64,000 bases of DNA, taken from Vicinamibacterales bacterium. GTDB taxonomy: Bacteria; Acidobacteriota; Vicinamibacteria; Vicinamibacterales; UBA8438. The translations under genes were made by a program, and so were the position numbers. The notes under the pieces were generated by a model. The model was given only the letters and a program-made list of their open reading frames with translations, made no database searches and was not told the DNA's origin. Below, piece by piece: positions 9,390-23,154 of the stretch (the first letter of the stretch is position 1; every line of letters begins with the position of its first letter). The DNA lies in contig OZ252227.1 in the NCBI GenBank assembly GCA_965249175.1, positions 2,556,900 through 2,620,899 on the forward strand, in the 5' to 3' direction.

Positions 9390-9743
9390 TTACCCGCTGA
9401 GCCGAGTTGCGAGACCCGACCGTGATCCTGGTCCATCCGGTGCCACGCCGAATTCCGGCAGCAGGTGGGTGACCGCCAGCAGATTCCGGAGGCGGGTCGT
9501 CACACCCTGGAGCAACAGCTCTCCCCCGGCGCCCCGCAGCGTGGCACGTGCCAGGATGAGCGCGCCCAGTCCGGTGCTATCGACCTGCGTCACGTCGGCC
9601 ACGTCGAGGATCAGGCGCCGGAATCCGGAGTCCACGAGGCGCCGGACCTGATGGTCGAGCGCGAGGTGAGATCCGTCCGACACGAGCCTGCCGCTGAGCG
9701 TGACGACGACCGCGCCCTCCACCGTCCGTTCTGTGAGCAGCAT
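9390..9743 (-). CDS. STAS-domain anti-sigma-factor antagonist (SpoIIAA/RsbV-like)
   Basis: 117 aa. It has the phosphorylatable-Ser motif VDSTGLGALI. AGGAGG RBS upstream. Confidence 0.85.
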   Translation of the reverse strand: MLLTERTVEGAVVVTLSGRLVSDGSHLALDHQVRRLVDSGFRRLILDVADVTQVDSTGLGALILARATLRGAGGELLLQGVTTRLRNLLAVTHLLPEFGVAPDGPGSRSGLATRLSG

Positions 9744-9765
9744 CTCGCCTCCTTCCCAGGTGCTG

Positions 9766-9817
9766 GCTATTGCGCGCTATCAAGTACAACGGCTATCGCC
9801 CGCTATCAAGTACAACG
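9766..9817. repeat. Tandem 26-bp direct repeat x2 (24/26 identical) in the STAS/gcvT divergent intergenic region
   Basis: gctatTgcGcgctatcaagtacaacg followed by gctatCgcCcgctatcaagtacaacg. This gives four GCTAT pentamers at 9766, 9776, 9792 and 9802. Confidence 0.9.
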
Positions 9818-9887
9818 ATGTCCCAGCGAACTCCGAACACACGCCGGGTATGTGGCCCGTGCTGGTCGCCCGCGCGGCCGTGGTTTC

Positions 9888-9916
9888 TTGACCCACTGGC
9901 ACGCGCATAGTACGGT
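9888..9916 (+). promoter_or_regulatory. Putative sigma-70 promoter of gcvTHP
   Basis: TTGACC - 17 nt - TACGGT. The -10 ends 18 nt before ATG 9935, so the leader is very short. Confidence 0.4.
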
Positions 9917-9934
9917 TACCCGCTTTTCAGCGTC

Positions 9935-11053
9935 ATGACCCAGTCCCCGCCCGACAGCCTCAAGAAAACGCCGCTTGACGCTCGGCATCGCGCCCTCGGC
10001 GCGCGGATGATGCCGTTCGGCGGGTGGGACATGCCAGTGGAGTACTCGAGCATTGGCGACGAGCACCGTGCGGTGCGTACGGCAGCGGGACTGTTCGACG
10101 TCAGCCACATGGGCGAGATCGAGCTGGCGGGCAGTGACGTGGTCGAGGCGGTGCAGCGCATGACGAGCAACGACGCGAGTCGACTGCAGATCGGGCAGGC
10201 GCAATACTCGGCCCTCACGACGCCACGCGGCACACCTGTCGATGACGTGCTCGTGTATCGTCTGGCGGCGGAGCACTTCCTGCTGGTGGTCAACGCCGCG
10301 AACATCGCCAAAGACTACGCGTGGATCGTGGCCGAGGCGGCGGCAGTGGGGGACGCCGTCGCGGTCAACGCCAGTCGGCGCTACGCGCTCGTGGCGCTCC
10401 AGGGGCCCCTGGCATGCGCCATTCTCCAGGACGTGACCGGCGTGGAGCTTGACGCTATCCGGTCCTATTGGTTCGCCACAGGCGAGGTGGCCGGCGTGCG
10501 TGCGACGATTTCGCGAACGGGGTACACGGGTGAGGATGGATTCGAGCTCTTCGTAGCACCGCAGGCAGCCGACACGCTGTGGACGGCCCTGCTCGACGCC
10601 GGCGAGTCACGCGGGCTCCGTCCGGCCGGGCTCGGCGCCCGCGACACGCTGCGGCTCGAGGCGGCGATGCGGCTCTACGGCCAGGACATGGACGAGACGA
10701 CCACGCTGCTCGAGGCCGGACTCGGATGGATCGTCGGCTGGGACAAAGACGAGTTCATCGGTAAAGCGGCGCTCGCCGAGCAGCGGGCCGCAGGAGTGAC
10801 GCGGCGCCTGGTCGGGTTCGAGATGATCGATCGTGGTATCGCGCGTCACGGCTATGACGTCTGTCTCGGCGCCGAACGGGTCGGCCGGGTCACCAGCGGA
10901 ACGCAGACGCCGTTTCTCAAGAAGGCCATCGGCATGGCATATGTCCCGACCGCTGCGAGCGCGCCGGACACCGAGCTGGACATCGACGTGCGTGGCCGCC
11001 GCCTCCGTGCTCGAGTCGTCCCGATGCCCTTTTACAAACGCGCGAGGAGCTAG
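9935..11053 (+). CDS. gcvT: Glycine cleavage system T protein (aminomethyltransferase)
   Basis: 372 aa with the typical N-terminus KKTPLDARHRALGARMMPFGGWDMPVEY and ...SRTGYTGEDGFE. Confidence 0.95.
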   Translation: MTQSPPDSLKKTPLDARHRALGARMMPFGGWDMPVEYSSIGDEHRAVRTAAGLFDVSHMGEIELAGSDVVEAVQRMTSNDASRLQIGQAQYSALTTPRGTPVDDVLVYRLAAEHFLLVVNAANIAKDYAWIVAEAAAVGDAVAVNASRRYALVALQGPLACAILQDVTGVELDAIRSYWFATGEVAGVRATISRTGYTGEDGFELFVAPQAADTLWTALLDAGESRGLRPAGLGARDTLRLEAAMRLYGQDMDETTTLLEAGLGWIVGWDKDEFIGKAALAEQRAAGVTRRLVGFEMIDRGIARHGYDVCLGAERVGRVTSGTQTPFLKKAIGMAYVPTAASAPDTELDIDVRGRRLRARVVPMPFYKRARS

Positions 11054-11223
11054 TGTCCTACAACAGTGATTCGCGAGCACATTCCCAGGCGGGGCATCCC
11101 GCAATGGTCGGTGCTGAACCACCTGTCAGCGGGGTCACATTTACCCGAGATGTTCCTACGTCGCGCCTTGCCAGTCGGGCGCCTCGCCAGGGACTGCGTC
11201 CACGAATGACTGTTACAGGACTC
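11053..11223. mobile_element. 171-bp MITE related to the IS630-family element at 23155..24341
   Basis: The ends are gtgtcctacaacagtgattcgcg... and ...cacgaatgactgttacaggactc, forming ~25-bp TIRs. The left end matches the reverse complement of the IS right end (gtgtcctgtaacagtgattcgcg) at 21 of 23 positions. It is flanked by TA (11051-52 and 11224-25) within a reconstructed CTAG and has no ORF. Confidence 0.85.
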
Positions 11224-11229
11224 TAGTCT

Positions 11230-11601
11230 GTGTACCCGCCAGAGTTGAAGTACACGAGGGACCACGAGTGGATTCGGGTCGACGGCGCCGAGGGCCGGAT
11301 CGGCATCACCGACTACGCGCAGCAGCAGCTGGGCGACGTTGTCTACGTCGAGCTCCCGGACGTCGGGCGGACGCTCAGCCAGGGCGAGCAGTTCGGGTCG
11401 GTCGAGTCAGTCAAAGCCGTCTCAGATCTGTACTGCCCGGTGTCCGGCGAGGTCATCGACATCAATCGGGCGCTGGCCGACCACCCGGAAGCCATCAATC
11501 AGGAACCGCACGGCACCTGGATGATCGTCGTTAGGCTGGCGAATACTGGTGAGCTGACTGCATTACTCGACGCGACGGGCTACGGCGCGCACATTGGGTG
11601 A
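11230..11601 (+). CDS. gcvH: Glycine cleavage system H protein (lipoyl carrier)
   Basis: 123 aa with a GTG start and the lipoyl-lysine motif [11 protein letters not shown]. Confidence 0.95.
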   Translation: MYPPELKYTRDHEWIRVDGAEGRIGITDYAQQQLGDVVYVELPDVGRTLSQGEQFGSVESVKAVSDLYCPVSGEVIDINRALADHPEAINQEPHGTWMIVVRLANTGELTALLDATGYGAHIG

Positions 11602-14542
11602 CGTGGCCCTCGACGACCAGCCCGACTGGGTGACATCGTCCGCCGCTGAGTCCTTCCAGGACCGGCATATCGGTCCGCGGCCGGCGGACCGTGTTCGCAT
11701 GCTCACGGCCGTTGGCGCGACGTCGATCGATGCCCTCGTCGACCAGGCCGTCCCGGCAGGCATCCGGCTGGGGGATGCCCTCGCGCTCCCGGACGCGGAA
11801 TCGGAGGCGCATTTCCTTGACAGGCTGCGCGACGTGGCCGAACGGAACGAGGCGTGGCGGTCGTTCATCGGACAGGGTTACTACGATTGCGTCACCCCGA
11901 GCGTGATCGCGCGCAACGTGCTCGAAAACCCCTCGTGGTACACGCCGTACACCCCGTATCAGGCGGAAGTCGCACAGGGACGCCTCGAGGCGCTGATCAA
12001 TTTCCAGACAATGGTCGAGGACTTGACGGCGATGGACGTGGCGAACGCGTCGCTCCTCGACGAAGCGACCGCTGCAGCCGAGGCAATGACGCTGGCACAT
12101 CGAATCCGGGCCCGGCGCCCCGGAGCGGCCAATCGGTTCGTCATCTCGTCGAACTGTCTCTCGCAGACCATCGCGGTGGTCCGTGGTCGTGCCGAGCCAC
12201 TCGACATCGAGATCGAGGTCGCCGACGCGGGGTCACTCGAAGAGGCGATTGGCCGGGCTGGTGAGGCGACGTTCGGCGTGCTCGTCCAGTCGCCCGACGC
12301 GTTCGGGGCCGTTGGCGACCTGGATGGGATCATCAGGTGTGCGCACGAGGTGGGGGCGCTGGCGGTGGTTGCCAGCGATCTCCTGGCGCTGACCCTGATC
12401 CAGCCGCCGGGCGAGTGCGAGGCCGACGTCGTCGTGGGCAGCGCGCAGCGCTTCGGGGTGCCGATGGGGTACGGCGGGCCACACGCGGCGTTCTTCGCGA
12501 CGCGCGAGCGGTATGTGCGCCAGATGCCGGGTCGGCTGATCGGCGTCTCGGTCGACGCTCACGGCCGCCGCGCGTATCGCATGGCGCTGCAGACTCGGGA
12601 GCAGCATATCCGGCGGGAGCGCGCCACCTCGAACATCTGCACGGCGCAAGCGCTGCTGGCGAATGTGGCGGGGTTCTATGCCGTCTATCACGGGCCCCAT
12701 GGGCTGGCCCGGATCGCGACGCGCGTGCACGGTCTGGCCCGAGGGCTCGCCGATCGACTGGTGGCGCTCGGGTTCGAGCAGCGGAACGATGTCTTCTTCG
12801 ACACCATCAGGGTCGTGGCCACCCGTGGTGCGCGCCTCGACGGTCTCAGGCCGTTGGCCGAGCGAGCGCGGATCAATCTGTGGTACCACGCGACGGGTGA
12901 TGTCGGGGTCGCGCTCGACGAGACGACGACCGAGGAGGATGTCTCGGCGATAGTGCGGCTGTTCGCCGAGGCGGCGGGGGTTGCGCCGCCACCAATCGAC
13001 GCCGGCGGCGCGGCGACCCCAGCGCTGCCGACGCAGGCTCGCCGCACCACGCCGTTTCTGACGCATCCCGTGTTCAACAGCCACCACTCCGAGCTGCAGA
13101 TGATGCGCTATCTGAAGCGGTTGGAGCGGAAGGACATCGGGCTCGACACGTCGATGATTCCGCTCGGGTCCTGCACGATGAAGCTGAACGCGGCGACCGA
13201 GATGCGACCACTGACCTGGCCGCGGTTCGCGGCGCTGCACCCATTCGTGCCGGTGCGCCAGGCGGCCGGCTACCGCCAGGTGCTCGAGGACGTCGAGCGT
13301 GCGCTCTGCGCGATAACCGGGTTCGACGCCGTGTCGCTGCAGCCGAATTCCGGTGCGCAGGGCGAGTACGCGGGCCTGCTGGTGATCCGGGCATATCAGC
13401 GCGACCGCGGTGAGGAAGGCCGCGATGTCGTCCTCATTCCCGCATCGGCGCACGGCACCAACCCGGCGAGCGCGGCGATGGCCGGTATGCGCGTCGTTGT
13501 TGTGACGTGTGATCGGCACGGCGACGTCGATCTCGACGATCTTCGGGCCAAGGTGCAGGAGCATCGCGAGCGCGTGAGCGCGCTCATGATCACGTATCCG
13601 TCCACGCACGGCGTCTTCGAAGAGGCCATCGAGGAGATCTGCGCCGTGGTGCACGCGCACGGCGGCCAGGTGTACATGGATGGCGCCAATATGAACGCGC
13701 AGGTCGGCCTGACGAGCCCCGCGCGGATTGGTGCCGACGTCTGCCATCTCAACTTGCACAAGACGTTCGCGATCCCGCACGGAGGTGGTGGACCGGGGAT
13801 GGGTCCGATCGCGGTCGCCAAGCACCTGGCGCCCTATCTGCCGGGGCACCCGGTGGTCGGCTCGGGCGCGACATCGACGTCGTCCAAAGCGATTGGCGCC
13901 GTGTCCGCCGCGCCGTGGGGCAGCGCGAGCGTTGTGCTCATCTCATACGCGTATATCCGGCTGCTGGGGCGCCAGGGTCTGACGGACGCGACCAAGGTTG
14001 CCATTCTCAACGCCAACTACATCAAGTCGCGCCTCGAGGCGCGATACGACGTGCTGTATACACGCGCGAATGGGCGGGTGGCGCATGAATTGATCTTCGA
14101 TCTGCGGCCCTTCAAGGGGACAACCGGGGTGACCGAGGAGGACGTCGCCAAGCGCCTCATCGACTACGGGTTCCACGCGCCAACGGTGTCGTTCCCGGTT
14201 CCCGGCACGCTGATGGTGGAGCCGACCGAGAGCGAACCGCTGGACGAGCTCGACCGGTTCTGTGAGGCGATGCTCTCGATTCGTGATGAGATCCAGGCCA
14301 TCGCCGATGGCGGCGCCGACCCCGCGGACAACGTGCTCAGGAACGCGCCGCACACCGCCGCCGACGTGTCGGCCGACGACTGGCCGCATCCCTACAGCCG
14401 GCGCGTCGCGGCGTACCCGCTGCCCTTTGTCGAAGCCAACAAGTTCTGGCCTCCCATCAGTCGCATCGACAATGTGTACGGCGACCGCCACCTCATCTGC
14501 GCGTGCCCGCCGGTCGACGCGTACGTGGAGCGTGCTGATTAA
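11594..14542 (+). CDS. gcvP: Glycine dehydrogenase (decarboxylating), single-chain P protein
   Basis: 982 aa. It overlaps the gcvH stop by 8 nt. PLP-lysine region [16 protein letters not shown]. Confidence 0.95.
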   Translation: MGDVALDDQPDWVTSSAAESFQDRHIGPRPADRVRMLTAVGATSIDALVDQAVPAGIRLGDALALPDAESEAHFLDRLRDVAERNEAWRSFIGQGYYDCVTPSVIARNVLENPSWYTPYTPYQAEVAQGRLEALINFQTMVEDLTAMDVANASLLDEATAAAEAMTLAHRIRARRPGAANRFVISSNCLSQTIAVVRGRAEPLDIEIEVADAGSLEEAIGRAGEATFGVLVQSPDAFGAVGDLDGIIRCAHEVGALAVVASDLLALTLIQPPGECEADVVVGSAQRFGVPMGYGGPHAAFFATRERYVRQMPGRLIGVSVDAHGRRAYRMALQTREQHIRRERATSNICTAQALLANVAGFYAVYHGPHGLARIATRVHGLARGLADRLVALGFEQRNDVFFDTIRVVATRGARLDGLRPLAERARINLWYHATGDVGVALDETTTEEDVSAIVRLFAEAAGVAPPPIDAGGAATPALPTQARRTTPFLTHPVFNSHHSELQMMRYLKRLERKDIGLDTSMIPLGSCTMKLNAATEMRPLTWPRFAALHPFVPVRQAAGYRQVLEDVERALCAITGFDAVSLQPNSGAQGEYAGLLVIRAYQRDRGEEGRDVVLIPASAHGTNPASAAMAGMRVVVVTCDRHGDVDLDDLRAKVQEHRERVSALMITYPSTHGVFEEAIEEICAVVHAHGGQVYMDGANMNAQVGLTSPARIGADVCHLNLHKTFAIPHGGGGPGMGPIAVAKHLAPYLPGHPVVGSGATSTSSKAIGAVSAAPWGSASVVLISYAYIRLLGRQGLTDATKVAILNANYIKSRLEARYDVLYTRANGRVAHELIFDLRPFKGTTGVTEEDVAKRLIDYGFHAPTVSFPVPGTLMVEPTESEPLDELDRFCEAMLSIRDEIQAIADGGADPADNVLRNAPHTAADVSADDWPHPYSRRVAAYPLPFVEANKFWPPISRIDNVYGDRHLICACPPVDAYVERAD

Positions 14543-14582
14543 CCCCAGAGTCTATGTGGGTCAACCCACGTGAACTCGGGGA
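14543..14582. terminator. Imperfect long hairpin filling the 40-nt convergent gap (candidate bidirectional terminator)
   Basis: Outer arms cccc(a)gagt ... actcgggg enclose inner arms tgtgggt / acccacg. There is no clear U-tract. Confidence 0.4.
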
Positions 14583-15464
14583 TTAGACGGGGCTCTGCCC
14601 CGACCGCTCGCGCGCCATCCTGGAGAAGGCCGTAGCCAGCGAACGCGTGATGGGGCCCGGCGTACCACTACCGACCGCACGGTCAGCGACGGTCGTCACC
14701 GCGATCACCTCGCGTGTGGTGCCGGTGAGGAACAGCTCGTCTGCGGTCTCAAGGTCGGCGACGCGCAGTGTCTGCTCGCGCACGGGAATCCCGACCTCCG
14801 CGCCTACCTCGAACACGAAATTCCGTGTGACGCCTTCCAGCAAGCCGGTCGCGAGGGGTGGCGTCAACGCCTCGCCATTGCGCACGAGAAAGATGTTGGA
14901 TTGGGCACACTCCGCCAGTTCGCCCGTGTAGCTGCACATCAGCGCCTCATCCGCGCCGGCGCGCAAGGCCTCCTGCATGGCCAGTGCGTTGTTGAGGAGG
15001 TTGTTCGACTTGATCCGCGGGCTTACCGCATCCGGGTGGTTGCGAAGGACGGAGGACACGACGATCGTGACACCCCGCGCCGCGATATCGGGTGGCGTCT
15101 CGTCGTGGGGCCGAACGATGATCACGACGGTCGGCGTGGGACACGTGGCCGGGTCGTAGCTCAGCTCACCGACGCCGCGCGTGAGGAGAATTCGGATATA
15201 GCGCTCGCCGGGTCCGTCGACCGCGGCCATCGTGTCGCGAATCGACGCGCCGAAGGCCAGGTCGTCCATCGGGACGGACAGGGCGATCGCGGCCGCGGAC
15301 GCGCGCAGGCGCGTGAGATGTCGGTCGAGGAGGAACGGGCGGCGACTGTACGTGCGGAGTGTCTCGTAGACGCCTTCGCCGTACAAGAAGCCATGATCGA
15401 ACACCGAAATTGACGCGGCACGGTCGTCGGTCAGGACACCGTTGACGTTGACGGCTACGAGCAT
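14583..15464 (-). CDS. Class IV (fold type IV) aminotransferase: branched-chain / D-amino-acid aminotransferase or ADC lyase family
   Basis: 293 aa; VFDHGFLYGEGVYETLRTY...RHLTRL is typical of the IlvE/PabC/Dat family. The subfamily cannot be resolved by eye. Confidence 0.8.
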   Translation of the reverse strand: MLVAVNVNGVLTDDRAASISVFDHGFLYGEGVYETLRTYSRRPFLLDRHLTRLRASAAAIALSVPMDDLAFGASIRDTMAAVDGPGERYIRILLTRGVGELSYDPATCPTPTVVIIVRPHDETPPDIAARGVTIVVSSVLRNHPDAVSPRIKSNNLLNNALAMQEALRAGADEALMCSYTGELAECAQSNIFLVRNGEALTPPLATGLLEGVTRNFVFEVGAEVGIPVREQTLRVADLETADELFLTGTTREVIAVTTVADRAVGSGTPGPITRSLATAFSRMARERSGQSPV

Positions 15465-15515
15465 GCGCTATTCGTAACATAATTCAGTCGGGAGGGTTGT
15501 CACAGGTCGTCGATC

Positions 15516-17062
15516 ATGCGAGTGCTGAACGCCGAACAAATGCGCGCTGCCGATCGTCTGACGATCGAAGAGATCGGCATTCCGTCCATCGTGCTCATGG
15601 AGAACGCGGGGCGGCAGGTCGTCGCCGCGATCGAGGCCTCATGTGCCGACCTTGCGTTGACGCGCGTGGCGGTGCTCTGCGGGCGCGGCAACAACGGCGG
15701 AGACGGGTTCGTGGTGGCGCGCGCGATGGCGGAGCGCGGCCTCGAGGTGGTCGTCTTCCTCGCCGGCCGGGCGGCTGATGTTCATGGGGATGCGCGCACC
15801 AACCTCGATATCGTGCGACGACTTGGCGTGTCGGTGGAAGAGGTGCCTGACACGGCGGCGTGGGAACGACACGGCCCCGAGGTGGCCGTCTGCGATGTCG
15901 TCGTCGACGCCCTGGTCGGCACGGGCCTGACCGCTCCGCTCACGGGGCTCCTCGAGACGATCGTGACCGACATCAACGGGACGGGACTTCCCGTCGTGTC
16001 CATCGACCTGCCCTCGGGTGTCTCGGCCGACACGCCGCAGGTCCTTGGGGCGTGCATCCGTGCGCGCGTGACCGTGACCCTCGCTGCACCAAAGATCCCG
16101 CTCGTGCTCGCGCCGGCCGCCGATCACGCCGGTGAGCTCGTCGTGGCCGAGATCGGGATTCCCGCTCGGGTGGTCGACGAGCTGCCGGGTCCACGGCTCG
16201 AGCTGCTGACGCCGGAGCACGTGCGATCGCGGATTCCGATCCGCGCGCGTGATGCGCACAAGGGTGAGTGTGGCCGCGTCGTGCTGGTGGCGGGGTCGCC
16301 TGGAAAGACCGGCGCGGCGCGTTTGGCGGGGCTCGGTGCCCTCCGATCCGGCGCCGGGTTGGTCACCGTGGCGACCCCAGCGTCGTCGGCGAGTCTCGTG
16401 GCATCGGTGCCGGAGTACATGACGGCGGCGCTCGTCGAGACCGACGTGGGGACGGTCGGGCCAGCCGCGCTCGAGGCAGTGCTCGCGCTGCCGGCCGATG
16501 TGCTCGCCGTTGGGCCAGGGCTGGGTGTTGGCGACGGGCCGCGGGCGCTCGTGCGGGGACTCGTGGAGCGAACGCCGGGTCCGCTCGTGCTCGACGCCGA
16601 CGCGCTGAACGTCCTTGCGGATGATCCGACGGTCCTCGGCGCCCGTCGTGATCGCGAGACGGTCGTGACGCCGCACCCGGGCGAGATGGCGCGGCTCGCG
16701 GGGACGACGACCACCAATATTCAGGGGAACCGGGTCGACTACGCCCGCGCGTGTGCGACCGAGCATGGCGTGCACGTCGTGCTCAAGGGCGCGCGCAGCA
16801 TCCTCGCGACGCCGGACGGCGCCGTGTTCATCAATCTGACCGGCAACCCGGGAATGGCCACCGGCGGCACTGGCGACGTGCTCACGGGGGTGGTCGCGGC
16901 GTGGTGGGCGCAGGTGCGCGACCCGGTGGCCGCGATGACCCTCGGCGTGCACCTACATGGCCTCGCCGGCGATTTGGCGGTGGAGCGGGTCGGGGAGACC
17001 GCCCTGACGGCGGGCGACCTCGCCGCGCAGCTCGGCGCCGCGGTCACCGCACTGACGAGGTC

Positions 17063-17066
<4 letters not shown>
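15516..17066 (+). CDS. nnr: Bifunctional NAD(P)H-hydrate repair enzyme (epimerase/dehydratase, YjeF)
   Basis: 516 aa. The N-terminal YjeF_N part has GRGNNGGDGFVVAR, and the C-terminal carbohydrate-kinase-like part has GTGDVLTG. Confidence 0.9.
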
Positions 17067-21937
<4,871 letters not shown>

Positions 21938-22140
21938 CAGGGTGTTGGAGGCCGAGCGCAGCCGAGCGTGCCGGCAAGCCCCGTCCGTCCTATTTTACGC
22001 GACCGCGACGCACGGCGCGCGGGGGTCGGTGTCGGAACCGTTGGCCAAGGCGCGCACAGCGCGCCTCGCGGCCGCGGAGTTGGGCTCTCGTGGTCCCCCG
22101 CGTGGCGGCCGCGGGGGTTCGGGGCGCAGCCCCGTCCAAG

Positions 22141-23058
22141 TTAGTTCGCAGAGACCGGACGAGATTCGGGGAGGAGCCGCAGCGGGTTGATCGTTCGACC
22201 GTTGGCCCGGACCTCGTAGTGCACGTTGTAGCCCGTCGCGCGGCCCGTGTCGCCCGCGTAGCCGATGACGTCTCCACGCTGCACGGTCTCTCCCGGGCGA
22301 ACCGCGAACTCAGAGAGATGGCCGTAACGTGTACTGAGACCGAACCCGTGGTCGATCTCAATCAGGTTGCCGTAATTGCCGCGCCGGCTCGCCGCCAGCA
22401 CCCGGCCCACCGCGGTCGCATAGACCGGCTGACCCCGGCGCGTGGAGATGTCGACAGCCGGGTGAAACTCGCGCTCACCGGTGAACGGGTCGCTCCGGTA
22501 GCCATAGGCCGCCGACAGCCATCCGTCGGCTGGCCACATCGTCGGGGTGGCGTCGGCCAACGCCTCGCGGCGCGCGACGCCAAGCTGCACGACGCGTAGT
22601 CGGTGATCCAGGGTGCCGAGGAGATCGCTGAGCAGGCCAAACGCGCGGCCCGGCGCCAGGCGAGCGGCGCCACCGAGTCCAACGGCGGCGACGCGCAGCG
22701 GCTCCGGCAAGCGGTCCACCGAGCGATCCGCGCCGGCACCGCGCGCGGTGCGGGCCGACAGGTTGGTGATGGCGAGCTGGAGCGATGCAATGTCGCCAGT
22801 CAGCTCCGTGGCGGATGCCCGGTAGCTCGAGTTTTCCACCTCGAGCCGCGCGTTTTGCAGCTGCAGATCGGCGATGTCGGCCTCCGCGGACCAGCGAGTG
22901 TGTAACGTCCAGCCGATCGGGAGCGCCATGACGGCGGCGATCACCGCCGCGACGGGGCGCACCGGCATCGTGAAGCGGTGCATGACACCACTGGCTCGGT
23001 CCGCGACGATGAATGAATAGCGTCTCGGGATCATGCCTACGGTCGCGCTGCACCCCAA
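22141..23058 (-). CDS. M23 family metallopeptidase (EnvC/LytM-like murein endopeptidase)
   Basis: HPAVDIS...GNYGNLIEIDHGFGLSTRYGHL...GDTGRATGYNVHYEV. N-terminal TM segment plus a coiled coil. The start may be 23034. Confidence 0.88.
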   Translation of the reverse strand: MGCSATVGMIPRRYSFIVADRASGVMHRFTMPVRPVAAVIAAVMALPIGWTLHTRWSAEADIADLQLQNARLEVENSSYRASATELTGDIASLQLAITNLSARTARGAGADRSVDRLPEPLRVAAVGLGGAARLAPGRAFGLLSDLLGTLDHRLRVVQLGVARREALADATPTMWPADGWLSAAYGYRSDPFTGEREFHPAVDISTRRGQPVYATAVGRVLAASRRGNYGNLIEIDHGFGLSTRYGHLSEFAVRPGETVQRGDVIGYAGDTGRATGYNVHYEVRANGRTINPLRLLPESRPVSAN

Positions 23059-23154
23059 AAAAATCGGGAAACTTTACCATATTTCTGTACATGGCGTGTT
23101 CGTGCTTGTCTAAATGCGAACATAAGGCGAATGTTTGGCGCGGCGCTGATGCTA

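Noticed and set aside
9818-9934. Possible glycine riboswitch upstream of gcvT
   Set aside because: I could not find the conserved glycine-aptamer core elements by eye, and the leader predicted from the promoter is only ~12 nt. This needs Infernal/Rfam confirmation.
11050-11265. 71-aa minus-strand ORF between gcvT and gcvH
   Set aside because: It lies within or across the MITE and the gcvH start, and it shows no coding signal.
12233-13849. 538-aa minus-strand ORF
   Set aside because: It is antisense to gcvP (unambiguous homology on the + strand) and is a high-GC shadow ORF.
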